A stretch of 63,802 nucleotides of DNA, counting the filler, from Choristocarpus tenellus KU-1152 (Eukaryota; Protista; Phaeophyceae): assembly GCA_964200185.2 (NCBI GenBank). It is 10 parts of 10 records of this genome, joined end to end, with 100 filler letters (N's around TTAATTAATTAA, not from the genome) between each part and the next. Parts side by side here need not be neighbours in the genome. Positions count along the whole stretch, not along the records: positions 57,423 to 63,802 come from CAXNAD020008264.1; 9 more parts are not named here. One strand, given 5' to 3'. The position numbers were made by a program, and so were the translations under genes. Positions 59,534 to 63,802 of this stretch are shown piece after piece. A model generated the notes under the pieces. That model was not told the DNA's origin and did not search any database. It saw only the letters and a list, made by a program, of their open reading frames with translations. Numbering within the stretch: position 1 is the first letter of the stretch; the number at the start of each line of letters is the position of its first letter.

Positions 59534-60937
59534 ATGGGGAACAATCGAGCGGAGGGCAGCGTGCGATATGTATCCCCAGTGACTGCGAGACTCTTTGCAA
59601 AGAGTGGCGCTGTTTCTTTGCTAGGACTTGATAAGGGGCAGATCCTGGCTGCGTCGTGTGGCGATGGGTGCAGTCGTAAACGTGAGAAACAAAGAACACA
59701 CATCCGAAATATGGGTTGCTCAAGCAAGTGTGGTATGCTCCAGGAGGACACGGTGGTATTGATGGCCACGGGAGGACAATTGGAAGTGGTCTGTGAAGAA
59801 ATTGATTCACGTTTCCGGAGATTGCCGTCCCCCCAGGAGTACATGGAAAAACTTCTTCGACAACGGGTGAGATAACGACTCCCTTTATTTGCACAGTCTT
59901 GCCCACAAGCTCGTATTCTGGGAGATGATTTTTTACTACTGGTCCTGCTAACATTTTTTTTCAGAAGTGTTTTGCTCCGTACCAGCACCCACTGTTTGAC
60001 ATCAATGGTTCATCCCTTATCAGACATGATACACATAGCACACATCAGATTGGATTATTCCAGTAAGCATGAGAATGGTGCATGTTTGTGCGAATAACGC
60101 TTCGTCGCGGAACATACTGTTTATCCACAACTGGGGGGAGTCAAGATGTAACCTGTTGAATTGGCCAACAGTTGCACTACCTTAACGCCCTACGTTCTGA
60201 TGGCCCGCCTTCGTCCATTGTTTTCATAGTAATCGACACACCACTCCTCTTTTTCTTGCTTTGGACAGGGATATGATCCAACACCAAAGGTGGCTACTAA
60301 ATCGGGTTACTCCAACCGTCCCTCAGAAAAGGAGATCAGGGACTATGCACTCCCACTAGTAGATGCTGTGCGTCGTCTGGATTGCAAAGCGCTGCAGGAA
60401 ATGGCCGATAATGGGACAACCATGGGAGCGGCGAATAAGTTCGGGGAGTCAGTGGTACACCTTGCCACTCGACGTGGGAATGTCAAGGTGTTGGAAATCG
60501 TCCTGGAGAATGGAGGATCGCTACATATTTGTGATGACTTCGGGAAGACGCCTATGCATGATGCGTGTTGGACTGCTGAGCCCCACTTTGATGTGGTATC
60601 GGTGATGCTGGACCGTGACCCATGGCTGTTGCAAACAGCTGATGTGCGAGGGGCAACACCCCTGCGCTACCCCAAAAAAGAGCACTGGTTACAGTGGAAT
60701 CGTTTCCTAGATGAGGTGAAGGACAAGTATTGGCCTTCGCTGGAGCCTCAAAGAGCTAGAGGGTCTCCAATGCTTGTCAGGAAAGATAGCAAGGAGATGG
60801 ACAGTGCTGGCCTAGTTGCCAAAGGAGCTCCTCTCATCACTGTGGAATCCTCACCTGCAACACCTAATGCCACAGTGGAGCCCATATCGATGAGCGTTGG
60901 AGAAAATGTTGAGGTCACTGTATCCCTACTTTGTTAA
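59534..60937 (+). CDS. Ankyrin-repeat protein (exons ~59534-59866 and 60269-60937)
   Basis: NKFGESVVHLATRRG, DDFGKTPMHDACW and DVRGATPLRY ankyrin motifs. Phase-0 GT-AG intron (LLRQR|GYD). Start codon uncertain. Confidence 0.88.
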
Positions 60938-62859
60938 TGTGCCAGATCAAGCACCTGACAGTGGCAAAATTTTCAACAGCAATCACAGACTGGATTTGAA
61001 AACCCTACATAAAAGTGCACCGTTTATGTCAGGTGACAGTGTAGTCTCTTGAAAGGGAACTTTTGAGTTATAAGTATGTGTTAGGTTTTGATGCACTATT
61101 CTTGGCATCTCTTTTGGACCAATAATAATTAGTTCTATTATTTGGGGATCTGTGGGGGTTGTTTAGGGTGAGAGTTGGGAAGGGAGCTTTTGTATTTGTC
61201 CTGAGAGGTCTACCTCGTCTGCAAATATGACAAGGAATACTTTGTAAATACCATGTCATTTGCATACATACATACTATTGGGAAATGATCGTTCTTATTT
61301 ATTTTCAGCCCCATGCTTCCTGCAATGGGCTTCTAGTTGTTGTGATAATAGTGTCATAGTTAAGGAGGCTTGTCTTCTTGTGCACAGTTAGAAGTGTTGT
61401 TTAATGCAACAAAAATAGAGGAGAATTGATCCACAACTCACACATTTTACAACCCTTCAAGTTGAGCTTTGCAGAGGTCCAACGAATGTAGGGTGGTAAA
61501 AGCCACTGACCTTTTGGAACTAGGCCGATGTGCTGAAACCACACAGAGAGTGTGTGGCATTTTTTTCGCCATTTTTTATATTTTTAAATATCAACACAAG
61601 AGTTGAATGGAAGCAACAACAGTTCAAATGTATTTTCCTGAAAGGGAAGACTTCTCCTGATGCACTCTTTCTCAATTTATTTTTTTTACCCTGTGGTATG
61701 AGTATGGAATACGCATTTATCCTTGCTGTACCACAGTAAGAAACACTTAGTATTGGAAGTTTATGACAGGACCAACTCAGCACTGGAAGCTTGCAATAGT
61801 ATCACCAGCCTTCAGTTAATAGTTGGGGGTTGTGTCTTTGTGCTGCGCCATTAAAAGTTTTTGTGTATGATTTCAAGGATTTCACTACCAGAACAATGAA
61901 ATCTAGTGACCAAGATGATCATTTACTCACATCGTGGTTTATGAGCATATTTTCAATTGATTCGAAATATTTCAATATACTCAATTTTATTTGCGCATTA
62001 GAAGGCCTCTACTTTTTGCAAGATATACTCCTGAGGTTGAGTTTGTGGTATTCTCTGCCTCTGTATGAGGGTTGTTGTCTCCTCTGTGACAACATCTCCA
62101 AAATTTCAGTGGTCATACCATTATCATGTACTGGATTATGATAGAAATGCACACACAGGACAGAAGAAATTGACATGTCTGAAGTACTTAGTGTTACAAG
62201 TAGAGTCTGTAACGCTCAATTGTGTGAAAGATATCCAATCCAAAATCATCCCTAACTTTCAGCTTTGATGAGTAGCAGCAATATCAAATCATAGCAACAC
62301 AACCAGCATAATTTGCCACCCTAGTTGTTTACACTTTCTCTTACCCTGAGGTTAACTTAAGTACAAAATCTTTTTAAACATGCCACAACAATTGTTTTTT
62401 CTAATGCAGTTCAAGGTGGAGCTGCTAGCTAGTGCACAAGAAGGTACTCTACTGCTGCATTGTCTCAGTAGGTTCCTTGTTTTCAATTATCTTTTTTTGT
62501 TGCATTTTTACTTTGCATGTTTCTTCTTATTTCCTCTGCGACAAACCTGTAAAATCTCTGTGGGAATGGTACTCATTCCTCTGGAGTTCAGTGCATCCCA
62601 TTTAACATAATTTTGGGTGGTAGAGCTTAATCAACTGTGAACTCTTTCCCTTTTCTGTTCATTTTTGTTGCATAGTTCATCCGTTCGGAATTTAGTATAA
62701 CTTTACTTCTGCATCCCCAATGAAGAAGCTTGACCTTTTGAACATGTTCATATTTTATTAATGTATTGTGCAGACACTAAAAGGTTGCCCACCAAAATCT
62801 CAAGAAGAATGGAGCAGGCATGCACCCACCTATGATTCTGCCCCCAAAGTCCTCCAAAA

Positions 62860-63700
62860 CTCCATTCCAGCACAGTATTTCACTGCATTCACTCGGGCAT
62901 TCGGGGGGAGCTTGCCCACCTTCTGAACCTTTTCCTTGCTAAGATGGGAAATTTTGAAGATTTGCCGCCCTTGGACCCCAGCACTTCGCTATATAGACTG
63001 TGAAGAGGCTCTGCCAGATGTGCTCTAGTGTCTGCAGGGGGTACACATCAAATGCCTCCATTGTGGCCTCCACCAGCTCCTCTGTGTTGGTCAAACCCAC
63101 GTTTTCCTTTAGTTGCTGGGTGGAATGAAGAATACCAGGCTATTGATATTGAGATCAGGAGAGTTGACCGGCTGGGTCTCGATGACAATGTCTTCCCCCG
63201 CCGACTCCTTGATTGCCTCCATGATCCCCCCCTTGTTATGTGGCTTTGCCTCTTCCTGCTGCACAAAGGTGGTGTGTCCTTCTGGGCTAGGCATGTCGGC
63301 CTTGATTGCTGGGATGACATCGTCAATCATGACATCATCAATCATGAACTTCATATACCTCTCCCCATCCACCGTGACTGGCACAAGTACCTTGGTGCCC
63401 TTGGGTTTCTGTTTGCTGGAGTGCTGAGTGACCTTAGAGTGCACGATTGGGCAGATCCCGATTTTCCCATCGAACCACACCCTTTTGAGGAGAGCTTCCT
63501 AGGGTGGGCCAAAGCTGCAGGCAACGTCACCTTCGTAATGTAACGCTTATTCTGTGCCTGTGGGGGGTTGGGGGGCTCCTCAGTGGGGTGCAGGCACACA
63601 CCTTGCCCATCTTTGAGGATGAAAACCACCTCTCATACATATGCACCGAGTCATATAGATCGTCCACTAATACTCCACTTCTCCCCCTCTGGACAATATA
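62860..63700 (-). pseudogene. Mariner transposase pseudogene (DD39D plant/oomycete-like lineage)
   Basis: VHMYERWF, QNKRYITKV, WFDGKIG, VIPAIK, QQEEAKPH, QPVNSPDLN and EELVEATMEAF occur in transposase order across at least three frameshifts. Confidence 0.9.
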
Positions 63701-63802
63701 AGTGCACGATTCCTGGTCAGGGCAAAATGGACACCCTGGTGTAGAGCCCCCCCCCACCCCACCCCCGTAACCTCGACCCAAAAAAAAACGACACCCCAAC
63801 AT

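Noticed and set aside
59374-59988. Antisense ORFs of 204 and 151 aa
   Set aside because: They are shadows of the first ankyrin-gene exon and its intron, with no independent support.

Overview
Eukaryotic, intron-rich and transposon-rich DNA. By inference from long introns, TTAGGG tracts, the LINE types and the ankyrin family, it is probably a brown alga or related stramenopile. The window is not one locus: it is ten assembly fragments joined by nine identical artificial 100-bp linkers (N44-TTAATTAATTAA-N44), so adjacency across a linker is meaningless. Spliced genes reconstructed by hand: complete CNOT11 (11 exons, minus strand); a head-to-head CEP95/DUF5745-like gene (12 exons, plus strand); the 3' part of a WW-domain gene; fragments of a Nup58-like nucleoporin, an ABCB-type transporter and a sphingosine-kinase-like gene; a two-exon ankyrin protein; and an intronless, secreted, strongly cationic 10-Cys protein that I could not assign to a family. 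Mobile DNA: an internally deleted Ty1/copia element and a solo LTR; a ~260-bp MITE family with 23-bp TIRs and 3-bp TSDs, plus a poly-G sister family; two decayed Tc1/mariner-type elements; RTE- and CRE-type LINE remnants. I found no CRISPR array, rRNA or intact tRNA, and no multi-gene novel system that the sequence supports. The best leads are the secreted Cys-rich protein, the MITE family and three probable GC-AG introns among about 30 modelled. All family assignments come from motif recognition by eye, not database searches.
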